This document shows, in pieces, positions 24,078 through 35,935 of a DNA stretch of 64,000 bases; positions within the stretch are counted from its first letter, which is position 1; each line of letters opens with the position of its first letter. The notes below the pieces were generated by a model. The model worked only from the letters and a program-made list of their open reading frames with translations, did not search any database and was not told the origin of the DNA. Made by a program: the position numbers and the translations under genes. The stretch is taken from assembly GCA_000004985.1 (NCBI GenBank), contig GG738873.1. The stretch is one strand, 5' to 3'. The stretch comes from Naegleria gruberi. Its lineage: Eukaryota.

Positions 24078-26846
24078 TTATTTATTTTCAAATGGTTGAG
24101 TTAATAATGGTATGGTACACAATGTGTGAGTCTTGTTGCTCATTAACCTGGTGAAGATTCTCTTGATATCAGTGCCGTAGAGATAAAGATTATTACCAGA
24201 GAAGGTTGGAGTGAAAGAAGAAACAGAAGGGATAACATCTCCCGAAACAGTCCATGAACCAACTGGGTCACTTGTTGGAGTGTAAACAACTCTGTAATTG
24301 AAATCATTCAGAGATCTTGAATGTCCTTTGCTTGGATAACCACCAAATATGAAAATGTAATCTCCTGTTACCACCATTGGCCCATCAGAGTAGGTAAATG
24401 GCAATACAGAGAAGGTATTTTCCCACAGATAGGGGAAAATATATCTAGCTCTCAAAATATCAGAGTAGGCTTCTTGAGATGGTGATCTACCCCCAAAAAT
24501 ATAGATATAATCACCGATCATGGCTATGTTACCACCATACACAGGTTGTGGGAGTTTTTTAGAGACTATTTCAAAGTTGTAAGGTGCATTGATAGGGGCA
24601 CGAATTATCATGTCAGTAACATTATTAATTGAAATGTCAAAGTTCAAGATGCCACCATAAATGTAGATGTAATCGTCTACAACCAATGACATACCAGAAG
24701 CAACTGCATATGGTAAGGTATTTTTCATCAACTCCCACCCATTCTCTATATCACTGACAGGAGCACGATAAATCTTATTGCTGAGGGTTCCATTCACCAC
24801 ACCACCATAAAAATAAATATATTCTTGAGCTCTGGCTATATGCGTGTTATAAATGGTACCAGGGAAGGTTCTTTTTGTCTTGTTTTGGTAATTCACAAGA
24901 TCCCAAGTCATAGGGTCACTCAAGTTTCTATAATACAACTGGAAGCCATTATCCACAAGTGGATAATACTTATCACCAACAAACTGATAGGCCTTATCAT
25001 CAGTTTCAAAATATGGGTAATGTCTTCTTTCAAGAGTAAAGCCAGTGGTGTTGTCAAAGGTAAAAACTTTTCTAAAATTGGATGTTACAGGTTCAAAAAC
25101 GTCAAACAATTGTCTTTCGGTTTGGGAGGAATATCCAGCACCTACAAACGCTCCATCGGTTGTCAAGCCAACAGCCGACCTGTACATCATTGTTATTTCA
25201 GTAATTTTGTGGTTGTATAATTCATCATTGGAGAGAGGAATAACTTCTGTTGCCACATTCATAAGAGCAGAAAGACCACCTGTGTGACCTAATTGCCCAT
25301 TAGAATTATCACCCCAAGAGAACCACTTTCCATCGTTACAAAGTACAAAGGAATTTCTAAACTTGGAATAGAGGGCAACAATAGATCTGCCAGCACCAAT
25401 ACCAGCCATTTCAATTGGTGTAGGGACAGTGAGGTATGGTGAATTGATACCTGTTCCACACTGACCTTTGTCATTTTTTCCCCAAGCAAAAACTTTTCCT
25501 GATTCTGTCAATACAGTTGTAAAATCATCACCACACTTCAAATCAACAACTATCTCTCCTGCAAAGCTTTCTGGTAAATTTACAGCAACAGCTTCCATTT
25601 TATATTCAGCGGAGGAGGCGCTTCCAATACCTAGTTGACCGTATGTGTTGTCGCCAAATGAATACAGACTATTATTTGAGGTTAAGACAGCAGTGTGTGA
25701 CAAACCACCACAAACCTTAACAATGTACTGATTGGCTAGAGCACCATCCATGTATACATCAACCGGTCTCACCTTTGTCACAGTTGTTTTATCACCAAGT
25801 TGGCCTCTATGATTTCTTCCCCAGGCATATAACTTGCCGTTTTCCTTAATGGCATAGAAAGTAAAAGCACCAGCAGCAATTTGCTCAACATCTTGAGGAC
25901 CTTGCAAGTCCCAAGAGAATAATTTGAATGGTACTTTTTTGTGAACGGCAACGGTTCCATCACCAACTTCGCCATAGTCATTTCTTCCCCAAGTGTAAAC
26001 AGCATCACCAGCCAAGAGAATGTTACTATAGTACGAAGAATCGAATTGAAGAATTGTAAGATTGACATTTGTAGAATAGTTTGGCAACTCAACTGGTGTA
26101 CTAAGTGTTGGAACATATCCTGTGCCCATAGTAGTTCCTAATCTACCCAAACATCCATCACATTCAACACCCCAGGAATAAAGTTTTCCATTGCCATGAA
26201 GATAAAGTCCATGGTCTCTTCCAGCTGATAGCCTATTTCTTTCACGCACAACCTTCTTAAAGGTTGCATAGTTTGGCAGATACCCATATGTAAGATTAAA
26301 ATGCAACGGAACAGGAATTGTACTAATGTTAGTATTGGTCCACTTAGAAGGATCATTCAAATAGTTCAAGGAATCTATTACCAGATCTTTCAAGGAACTA
26401 TATGTTGTATTAAAACCTTGATTGGTGAGAGCAATGAGACTGTCAAGTTCTTTTTCAACAGAAACAACATTCTCATATTGGGTAACCTTATTTTTAAGAA
26501 TTGCTTCGTATTGGTCTTGAGGGATACCAAAATCAGATATAAATTCTTTCGAGTACTTTACAGCTTCACTAATAACAGTGATTTTTTCTTTAATATTTGC
26601 TTTGACCATGTCTGCTTTTTGTTGTAAATAATCTTGATTAACAGCATAATAACTATCTCTTCTTTCTCTAAGACTAGCAATATTATAGTAAGCTTCATCT
26701 AACGGGAGTTGCTCTGATAATACTTGATTGATTACTGTTATATTAAGCATTGTAAATAATCATTTAATATTAATAAATAGAAACATCAACCTACCCGAAG
26801 CAACAAGCAATAGTAACACAACCACAATTGTGGCATTCAGCTTCAT
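24078..26846 (-). CDS. Secreted RCC1-repeat + Kelch-repeat protein, family member 4. Exons (minus strand): 26846..26794, 26732..24078.
   Basis: Exon 1 encodes MKLNATIVVVLLLLVAS followed by a phase-1 donor gtaggt. The acceptor is ...ataacag, after which the sequence reads VINQVLSEQ.... Then come a helical stalk, GYLPNYATFKKVVRERNR, seven RCC1 blades (YSWGVECDGCLGR, YAWGRNHRGQLGD) and Kelch blades (YIYFYGGVVNG, YIYIYGGILN, YIYIFGGRSP, YIFIFGGYPS). Confidence 0.8.
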
Positions 26847-27018
26847 TTTGTGATGTAGCGGGAGATGTGATGGGTGTTGTTTTTTTAAAAGTAGTTGCAG
26901 TTTGCTGCTGTAAGCACTCGCCCAAATCAGCTTAAATACAGCTGTGTACAGTACAGTCGTAATGAAATTACCACTACGAATTATTTTATCGCTTAATACA
27001 GCAGAAAAAAACATCACA

Positions 27019-29799
27019 ATGAAAATCAAGCCATCCCCAAACACGCACATCAACAAACGGGTGGTTTTTTGCGTCCTCCTCGCTTTGCTAGGACTTGGTA
27101 AGTAGTGTGGAGGAATAATATGTTGACACGTTTAAAGTATTTGTAGTGGTCAAGGCTCAATCAGAACAATCTTTCAGTGAATATGTACTTTCCTTAATGT
27201 TCATGATTCAAAAAAGACAAAGTTTGATGGGAATTGAAACAGATTATTTAAGTGAAGCTGACAAAATTATCTACAAGGAGAAAATAATTTATAATACAAA
27301 ATATGCAATGGAAAGGTCTCTAGCCTCTATTAACAAGCTTGGTGTTAAAGAACAAACATATACCATACTTCTCTCAGCCAAACAAAACGAAGCAGCAGCC
27401 GCTTGGGACTCTCTTGTTGAAGTTAACAGTTATATCAATGTTACTAAGCATGCTGTTTCAGTTGCCTACTCAACCATTGATTCAATCAATGAGGTATGTT
27501 TTTTTACAATTTTTGTTGCTGAACCAGTTAGAAATTATCGAATGTACTTCTAAGCTACCACCATTGGCAAAAAACTGACCTCGATTTATTGCCAGCAAAC
27601 ATGACTCTCAATACTACAGTTGGTTATCTCCCAAATCATGTAATGTATTTCCCAGTTATGAGAATTAGAAATAGAATTTCTGCTGGATTAAATCATGGTT
27701 TGTTCCTTGGCCCTGGTGGTAATTTGTATTCTTGGGGTGTTGATATGGGTGGTTCTTTGGGAAGATCTGTTAACACACCAATGCCAAGTTTGGATTTGCC
27801 TGTAGAATTGAAGAACGTTACCATTCTTCAGTTCACTAACTCTTACTATGGAAATCTGTTGCTAGCTGATGATGCCGTCTATTCATGGGGAAAGAATGAC
27901 TATGGAGTTGATGCTGATGGTACAACTGTGAATCATTACCAACCAAGGAAGGTCTTTTCATGGGATTTACAAGGTCCTAAAGGAATCGCTCAGATTGCTT
28001 CTGGCCCATATAACTTTTATGCTATTGACGAAAATGGTAAACTCTATTCATGGGGAAAGAATGATTTTGGCCAACTTGGCGATAGAACTCCAATTGACAA
28101 ATGGAGACCTGTGGACGTTTTTATGAAGGGTGCTTTGCTTAATCAAACAGTTACCAGAGTTTGTGGTGGTTTGACTCATACTCTTGTCCTTGCCAACAAT
28201 GGAATGCTTTACTCTTTTGGTGATAACTCTAAAGGACAACTTGGTATCGGAGTTAGTTCCTCAGTTATTGCAAAGAAATGGGAACCTGTCCTCATCAATT
28301 TCCCATTCAATGACACAATTGCAGATATTCAATGTGGTGATAACCACAACCTGGTGCTCTTGACTGGAGGTGCCATGTATGCTTGGGGTCTTAACGACTA
28401 TGGGCAACTTGGAGATAATACCACAACAACAAGAACAAAACCAACCAAAGTCAACACACTCTCAGCTATTGGTACAAGAAAAGTTGTCAAGATTGAATCA
28501 AGACTCAACGAGAATTTTGCCTTCTTGGAAAATGGAGCCATGGTTTCATGGGGTCAAAATGATTATTCTCAATTAGGTCATTCCAAAATAGCAATTATAG
28601 GCAATATTGCCACCACCTTTATAAATGTTCCGGTAGAGTTTAGCTTACCCAATGGTTATATGCCTTCTGAAATAGCAATCATGAATGGATCAACTGTAAT
28701 TCTTGGTGCAAATGGCACCCTTTATGGTGCTGGATTTTCTTCAGAAAGTACCAGAAAACTGTTGAACATCACCACTTCCCAAACTAAGTTTACCCAGTGT
28801 TACACCTTCCCACCTATATACCCAGTTATGGAAAGAAGACATTATCCATATATCCAACTCAACGAAAAGAGCTATGCATTTATTGGATCCAAGTACTTTT
28901 CTTACCCTGATAATGGGTTTGATGGATACGTGAGGAATAACACCTCTCCAGAATTGTGGTCAATGATTGATTATCAAAATACAACATCACAGATGTTCCC
29001 TGGTTCCATTTACAATACTCATATTTTGAGAACTAACCAACATGTTTACTTCTATGGTGGTTTTGTTAATGGATCAATTTCAAACCTTATTTACAGAGCT
29101 CCAGTGGATAATATTGAAAATGGATGGGAAATTGTTAAGCCAACGCTCCCATTCCCAGTTTCAAACGGTATGTCCATTTTATTGGATGACTTTTTCTACA
29201 TATTTGGTGGCTTGACTTGGTTTAATAGCACAGACAAAGGATTCGTATCAATTGGTGTTTCATCAAGTATTTTGAGATGTCATGTTTCCAGTCCAACCCA
29301 ATGGGAAATAATGAGTGGTGGTGGGTTGCCAAGAGGTGTCTATAGTGGCAATATTGCAAGAATTGGAGATTTCGTCTATATTTTGGGTGGGCGAGTTAAC
29401 ACGGGTGATGCGTTTGCTGACATCTTCAGAGCTCCTTATTTGAATATTAGTCAATGGGAAAATACTTACTCAGTGCTTCCATTCCCTTTATCTGATAGCC
29501 CAATGATAATTACCAATAGTAGTATCTACCTCATGGGAGGATATTTGTCTGAGTACTCTCCAAATATTATTGGTACATACTATCCTCATATTATTACAGC
29601 TCCTCTAAGTGATCCAGTTGGTTCATGGTCTGTTACTGGAGACAAGCTCCCAACTAATCCAGCTTTTCAATCTGTTACTTCGCCAGTAGTTGTTGGATCG
29701 AATGTATATTTATACGGTAATGATGCCTCAAAGATAACAGAGACAAACATCAGAAGTACCACTGTCAGCTCATTCATTAAGATTCCTCTATTGGTTTAA
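27019..29799 (+). CDS. Secreted RCC1-repeat + Kelch-repeat protein, family member 5. Exons: 27019..27097, 27147..27493, 27532..29799.
   Basis: Exon 1 encodes MKIKPSPNTHINKRVVFCVLLALLGLG followed by gtaagt. The signal ends ...VVKA|QSEQ. The intron 27494-27531 is gtatgt...cagttag and is phase 0. Exon 3 reads KLSNVLLSYHHWQKTDLDLLPANMTLNTTVGYLPNH.... RCC1 blades include YSWGKNDYGVDADG and YSWGKNDFGQLGD. Kelch blades include VYFYGGFVNG, FFYIFGGLTW, VYILGGRVN and IYLMGGYLS. Confidence 0.8.
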
Positions 29800-29990
29800 T
29801 AAACAACCTTGTATAATAGTTATTTATTTTCTAAACATATCTCTTTAAAAAATTAGTTAACCTTATTCAACATTCAAACAAAAAAAATTGAGGTAAAAAA
29901 CCGTTTTAACATTTTGAACACTGTACCGTACAAAATTACAGCCATTGGCTGTAAAACACTGTATAAGGCTTTAAAAAAACATAAAAAAAA

Positions 29991-32751
29991 ATGATCTGGA
30001 GCAATACTCATGTAGAGGTTAGTCCAAAGAGCATTGGGCTTGCCGTGGTATTGTTATTTGTATCAATATCTTTTATTTGTAAGTTTCTCCAAGTAATAAT
30101 TGAAGCATATAGTCCATATAGGTGTTACTTCAAGTGCTCAAACAACCCAATACAATAGCACATTAACTTCAGAATTGTTTTACAAACTGTCATTTTACAG
30201 AGAAAGACGAGATAGTTTTTACCAGATTTACACAGACTACGTTCGTCAAAATCAAGAAATAGAAGAATCCAGAATTAAATTGAAAATTAATATTACAAAA
30301 GAGGCTGTAGAAGCTTCTTTTTATGAAATTACAAAATTAAGAATTCCAGTTGAACAATACTATCAAATGCTGAATAATAAGAATATACAATACGCAAACC
30401 TAGAAGAGGTTCAGAAGGAGCTTGATGACTTGATCACATTGACTGATCTTGGTTTCCTACACACCCAATCCACCCTAGATGATGTAGAAAAAGTAAGTCC
30501 TTCAGTTATTGGAAATGCTTATCGGTAATAGTCTGCTTCTAACATTTTGTACAATGAAGAAAAATGGCAATTGGCCAAAACAAGGAAGATAGTTTCCTCA
30601 ATGAACTTTACTACGACTGTTGGATTTCTTCCTAGTCATGCTAGATCTCACAAAATACCAAGAATTAGAAATAGAGTGTCTGCAGGAAAAAATCATGGTA
30701 TTCTTCTTCATTATAATGGACTACTCTATTCTTGGGGCGCTGACAATGGTGGTGCTTTAGGTAGACCAAATAGTGCAGGTGTCTCATCTTTTACTCTCTC
30801 TACCCCTGTTGAATTACCAAAGAATATTTCCATTCTTCAATTTGTTAGCTCAAACTATGCCAATTTGGTTCTTGCTGGAGATGCAGTTTATTCTTGGGGC
30901 AGAAATGAATACGGAGTTGTTGGTGATGGTACTTTTGGTGGAAATAAGCCACCATACAAGTTATTCTCTTGGGATTTGCAAGGTCCAAAAAGAATTGAGC
31001 AAATTGGAGCTGGAGGCTACACTTTTTATGTAATTGATGAAAATGGAAAAGCATATGCTTGGGGCAGAAACAATAGAGGCCAACTTGGAGACAAAACAAC
31101 CATTGACAAGCCAAGACCAGTTGACGTCTACATGAAAGGCATTTTACTCAATCAAACAGTCATTAGGGTTTGTGGTGGAGAAAGTCACACTTTGTTGTTG
31201 ACTAGTAATAATGAATTAGCGGCTATGGGTGACAACACTTATGGGCAATTAGGTGTGGGTACTTCTGGTGGATATAAAATGGAACCAACAAGAGTCAACA
31301 TCAAATTTAATGGTACTATTATGGACATACAGTGTGGTGAAAATTATAACCTTGTCTTAACTTCCAAAGGGTTGGTATACGGTTGGGGAAGGAACGATGT
31401 TGGTCAACTTGGAAGTGGAGACAAGCTAGACAAGTTGGAACCTACTCTTATTTCCTACCTTAAAAACAGCACAGTAGTCAAGATTTATGCCAGATTTTCG
31501 ACCTCATTTGCTCTTACCAATGAAAGTTTCTTATATGCTTGGGGTAATAACAATCAATACCAATTGGGTGCTAGTTCAGCCACCCTTTTTACAGTACCTC
31601 AAAATATAACACTCCCAGAATATGTGACTGTTGTTGACTTGGCTGTCATGCAAGGAACAACTGTATTTTTAGGAAATAATGGTACTTATTACGGTAGTGG
31701 TGGATCAACTAATGGAGAACTGCTCCGTATTTCATCACAACAACCAGCCTTCGACTGGATTTATAATGGATTGAGTTTTTATGGGTTTGCAATGGAAAGA
31801 AGAAGATATCCATATTTTGAAGTGGATGATATTGCCTACCAGTTTGTAGGGGACAATTTTGCAATCTTTCCAGATAATGGTTTTTACCTTTATAAGAGAA
31901 ATATTGCAGATCCAACAATGGGTTCGATTGTAGAATACAGAAACAATACTGGCAAATTCTTCCAAGGAACAATTTACAATTCTCATATGCTTAGACTAGG
32001 AGAATATTTCTACCTGTACGGAGGGGTGGTAAATAACACTATCTCTAATGCTATCCATAGATGCAAAACATCTGATCTGGAAAGTGGATGGGAGCTTACT
32101 AGATTCAAACTTCCTTATAATGTATCAGCTGGTCAATCATTACTGGTAGATGACTTTTTCTATATTTTTGGTGGTCTTGTTAGTCTAAGTGATGACTCTG
32201 ATAGCCCAAAGTTAAGTCTCAACGTTACTGACATGATTTTGAGATTCCACATCTCTAATCCCTTCACTCCTGAAATACTATCACAAAGATTACCACTAGG
32301 TGTTTATAGTGGTCAAATTGCTAGAGTTAAGGATTATTTGTACATATTTGGGGGAAGAACTCAAGATCCAAATGCACCATACAGCGATATCTTGAAAGCG
32401 TCCTATTTCAAACCTACCGTATTTGAAAACTCTTACTCTGTTTTGCCATACCAAGTTACAGATGGTTCGTTAATAGTTACAGAAAACTTTGTTGTTATAT
32501 TTGGTGGCTTTTACAGTGGTCTTTACCCATACAATGCAGGAAGATTCAACTATGAAATTGTATCAACCCCATCTGATGAGCCTGTTGGTTCTTGGATGGT
32601 GACTGATTATAAGATTCCAGGATTAATGAGGGCGACCCCTTCAATCATGGGTTCAACACTTTCTCTGTTCGGAGAGGATGTCAGAATGGTCAACACATTC
32701 CCTCTCTCCAACAGAACTTTCACCATGTTTAACTGCACATTCTTGTTGTAA
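29991..32751 (+). CDS. Secreted RCC1-repeat + Kelch-repeat protein, family member 6. Exons: 29991..30078, 30123..30492, 30532..32751. The first acceptor is ambiguous by 9 nt.
   Basis: Exon 1 encodes MIWSNTHVEVSPKSIGLAVVLLFVSISFI followed by gtaagt. The intron 30493-30531 is gtaagt...aatag and is phase 0. Exon 3 reads SASNILYNEEKWQ...TTVGFLPSH.... RCC1 blades include YSWGADNGGALGR, YSWGRNEYGVVGDG and YAWGRNNRGQLGD. Kelch blades include YFYLYGGVVNN, FFYIFGGLVS, YLYIFGGRTQ and VVIFGGFYS. Confidence 0.8.
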
Positions 32752-33429
32752 TAAAATTGTAAATTATTCTGTCATCAATCAATGACCTTTGTTGAACAGA
32801 AAATAATTGTAATGTGATCATTTAATAGATTGAAGGTACAAAATGTTTTGTTTGGTCCTTTTCTAATTAAGGAGTAGAACTAAAACAGAAAGTGTTGATG
32901 GAAAACTTTAAAACCAACAAACTCAAAGAAGAATAAAAAAAAACCAATAGTTTAATATAGAATGCTTTCTAATATGAGGGACGATGAGACCACAGAGAGA
33001 GGTGGTTTTGATGATTACCAGGAACCTTTTGACCAATTTCTTGAGAGCAGAAAAAGAAATTTGTCAGAATTATATAGAGATGTACTATAGACATCCAAGA
33101 TGAAGATCAAGTTACGGTTTCGGGATCGTCGAGAAAAATTTACTCAACACGTGTGTCTATTAAGAAATCTGACATTGAACTGAATTCCCTAGATGACATC
33201 AGTGACATGCCGCTACCACAACCTTTTTTTAAGCTAATAGAGAAATCCAAAATTCTATATTTGGATATTGGTACTGGTTCTTTCAAGTCTGGTAAGACAA
33301 TCACGGGTGAGTTCATACGGAGTAACTTTCATATATTTGAAAATGGTTTGCAATATTTTCCATACCAGCTACTATACCACAAGGAAAAGAAAGAATAGTG
33401 AAGAAGATACCGATTCACAAGGACACACT

Positions 33430-33975
33430 ATGTACTTGGACCTAGGACACGGTACGACTGATTATACTGTCATGTCATATGATCAAAACCAAAAGAAATT
33501 CATTTTGAAAGATAGTGGTGGGTGGCCTTCTGGACTCTCATGGATTCAAAATTTGATCATGAGAGAGAAGAATTTAACTTTTCAAGAAGCCACCAAACTA
33601 CTAAATAAGCAATTCGACTCACTAGATTCCAATCCTGTTGACGGTATTGCTGATATTCAAGAAAAGATTTATAATGAGTTTGAGAAATTATTACAACCTT
33701 TGTTGTTGGTAATTTTTGAAAATTCAGTTACAAAGGTTTGCTTTGTAGGTGCTTTCATTCATTGCCAATACTTTAGAGAGATTATTAAGAAAATAATTTC
33801 ACACTCTTACATTTCCAAATTTGTAGAGGAAAGAAGAAAGTATTTCAAGGAAGAATTCAAGTTAAAGAAGTTGGAAAAGTTTTCCATCTTCTTCCCTCCA
33901 AAGGCAGGTGCTAGTTGCATCATTCAAGGCTTGATGCGTATGGTTGAGAATTCAAATGGACTCAACCACTGTTAA
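33430..33975 (+). CDS. Hypothetical 181-aa protein with ASKHA-like (actin/Hsp70/sugar-kinase fold) phosphate-binding motifs. A decayed partial duplicate of its N-terminus lies upstream at 33153-33398.
   Basis: MYLDLGHGTTDYTV has a DxGxGTT phosphate-1-like hairpin. Later, VCFVGAFIHCQYFREII and FFPPKAGASCIIQGL resemble ASKHA phosphate-2/adenosine motifs. It is short for that fold, and the upstream ORF repeats the motif ILYLDIGTGSFKSG. The exon structure is unresolved and this may be a pseudogene. Confidence 0.3.
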   Translation: MYLDLGHGTTDYTVMSYDQNQKKFILKDSGGWPSGLSWIQNLIMREKNLTFQEATKLLNKQFDSLDSNPVDGIADIQEKIYNEFEKLLQPLLLVIFENSVTKVCFVGAFIHCQYFREIIKKIISHSYISKFVEERRKYFKEEFKLKKLEKFSIFFPPKAGASCIIQGLMRMVENSNGLNHC

Positions 33976-34203
33976 TTGAAAAAGAATCAACCAGTGACAA
34001 TTCAGTTCCAGTGATGTTACAAGAGATTGCCGAAGAGGGGCAGAAACTTGTTCTTACACCCACATGGGCCTCCTATGTTATGCACGTACTTCAAGATTTC
34101 GAAGTATTCGTCATTACATTGAGCTCTTGTATTGACCCTGAAAGCTTTGAAAATATTAATTTTGATAATTTCAAATACCTTGGAATAAACTAAGCTCCAA
34201 AGA

Positions 34204-34836
34204 TTGGCAGCTGTCACACCCATGTTTGATAGAGACTCCATAAGAACAACCAAGAATAATTTTTTGGTCAATGCAGTCATTGATGCAGAAAAAGTGAGAC
34301 TCAACTTCTTCTTTTCTCATGTATCTCACTATTACATGAGTGTATTAGACATTAATAGAACTGGTAGAGTAGAACATATTCCAGTCTGTGGTATTGAACT
34401 ATTGGTATTCAAGGTTCGTGAAACTGAAACCAAGACATGGTATGGTCGTAATTATTATGTGAAAACCATTATTAGAGTGTGTTGCTCCAACCACTTAAAC
34501 AATTCACAAAATCTCATTCCACAGGAATATATTGGCATAATTTCTCCACAAAAGAAAAATGGTAAATATGTTACTGAACTTATTGGTGAGGATAAACCTG
34601 GTGATTATGATACTGTGAAAGCTCTACTGGATTCATTATGTGTTGGTTGTTCCGCAGAGCTTGAGGAAACCAACACCATTCATACAGTGTCCCCACACAC
34701 ATTACCTAAATACCGACGAGCTTTGCAAAATAATAAGCTAATTTGTGGTAATGTCTGCAACAAATGTTACTCAAAATATTGCAACTCATTTAGGACAGAT
34801 GCTTCCTTTTTAAAGAAAAAGAAGTCTAAAAAATAG
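34204..34836 (+). CDS. Hypothetical protein with a Cys-rich C-terminus (CVGCS...CGNVCNKCYSKYC) and a lysine tail.
   Basis: A 210-aa ORF with codon usage matching the neighbouring genes and no recognisable family. A small ORF upstream (34011-34193) could be an additional exon. Confidence 0.3.
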   Translation: MAAVTPMFDRDSIRTTKNNFLVNAVIDAEKVRLNFFFSHVSHYYMSVLDINRTGRVEHIPVCGIELLVFKVRETETKTWYGRNYYVKTIIRVCCSNHLNNSQNLIPQEYIGIISPQKKNGKYVTELIGEDKPGDYDTVKALLDSLCVGCSAELEETNTIHTVSPHTLPKYRRALQNNKLICGNVCNKCYSKYCNSFRTDASFLKKKKSKK

Positions 34837-35341
34837 TCTTGTAAAATACTTGTAAATAATAAATTAAAATAATATATCAAATTGTTTAAAATGGTACCAT
34901 TTTTTCATTGAGGAAAGCTCGCTTCTTCTAATGAATGTTTCTCATGGAATAGATAATTATTTGGTAGATAATGGATGAATGACATGATGAAAATCTGATA
35001 ACAAATATGATGTTTATCAAATAGTACCTCTTTTAATATTCAATGTTCATCATCTTTGGATATCTTTGTTCTATTTCACCCATAATTCGCCAGCCCGCTA
35101 ACAGTTTTCACAAATCTGCCACCCATGTAATGGCACTCCATCCTTCAGGTGGATTTCTTCTCATTATTCAGTTCTTCTTTCTTGGTTCATACTTCAGGTG
35201 GTAAATCTTCTTTCTCCTCCTTTAATACTTTTTTTAACCAATAAAAACGAAAACAATGAGCAAGTACGCCCTTAATGATTGTGTTATAGTCTGTCTAACA
35301 AACCAATCAACAGAACTTTCAAAAATATTTCAAAAATATTG

Positions 35342-35935
35342 GATCAACATCAGGTACATCATGCCTCTGTTGATTCTTGGAGTAGTTTCACATCTATTAA
35401 CTCCAAGAATTTCACCACATCATCTCATCATCATTTAAATAGTAGTATTAATAGTAATTTTTGGAATTTAATTGTTCATCATGATTTGGAAATAATTTTA
35501 TTATTCGGAAACATTCAAGTTGGTACATCATCATCGGAACAACTACCAACCATCATCATTGTTATTTATCATCATTACAATAGTAATATTTGTGGAAATA
35601 AATCTGATAATAGTAATATTTTAGTGAAATTCAATATTTTTCACTAAAATCATCATCACTACCAGATTTATATGATAATTTAGAAAACTTTCAATCTAGT
35701 ATTGTTCAGCATGGTCGATATATATTAGGTAAAATTACTTCCGAACATTTCCCTATTGGTTATCATAATGTTAGGTACATGTATATATTTCAACACCATA
35801 TCTCAACCTGTACTTCACCAACTTGAAAAATGTCTTTCATCACTACTATTCAAATACATAATAAACAATATATTTATTATCAGATTTTCCTAGTTTTGTG
35901 TTTTTACCAACTTCGGGTATTCATAGTCACCAATC
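35342..35935. repeat. Dispersed repeat copy D1, about 600 bp, a direct copy of D2 at 40966-41560.
   Basis: It can be aligned by eye to 40966-41560 at roughly 65-70% identity in the same orientation. Example: catcatctcatcatcatttaaatagtagtattaatagtaattttt in D1 against catctctacatcatctatataatagtagtaatagtgatttttt in D2. The internal ORF 35279-35647 is H/S/N low-complexity and not credible as coding. Confidence 0.55.

Noticed and set aside
6511-31986. Numerous 60-110-aa antisense or off-frame ORFs overlapping the RCC1-Kelch, TraB, LRR and YR genes (e.g. 6857-7135, 10313-10516, 17098-17385, 21738-22061, 25778-26116, 30845-31114, 39340-39789).
   Set aside because: They overlap well-supported long ORFs on the opposite strand or in a different frame. 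Their composition is typical of antisense reading of AT-rich coding DNA. They have no motifs.
1-33000. The possibility that the window is prokaryotic with an operon-like arrangement.
   Set aside because: Multiple genes require short GT..AG introns to restore conserved protein sequence. Signal peptides plus NxT sequons, microsatellites and a Crypton-type element indicate a eukaryotic nuclear genome.
35279-35647. A 122-aa ORF with His/Ser/Asn-rich low-complexity sequence.
   Set aside because: It lies inside dispersed repeat D1. Its composition mirrors the catcat/aatagt repeats of the DNA. The equivalent region of copy D2 has no ORF.
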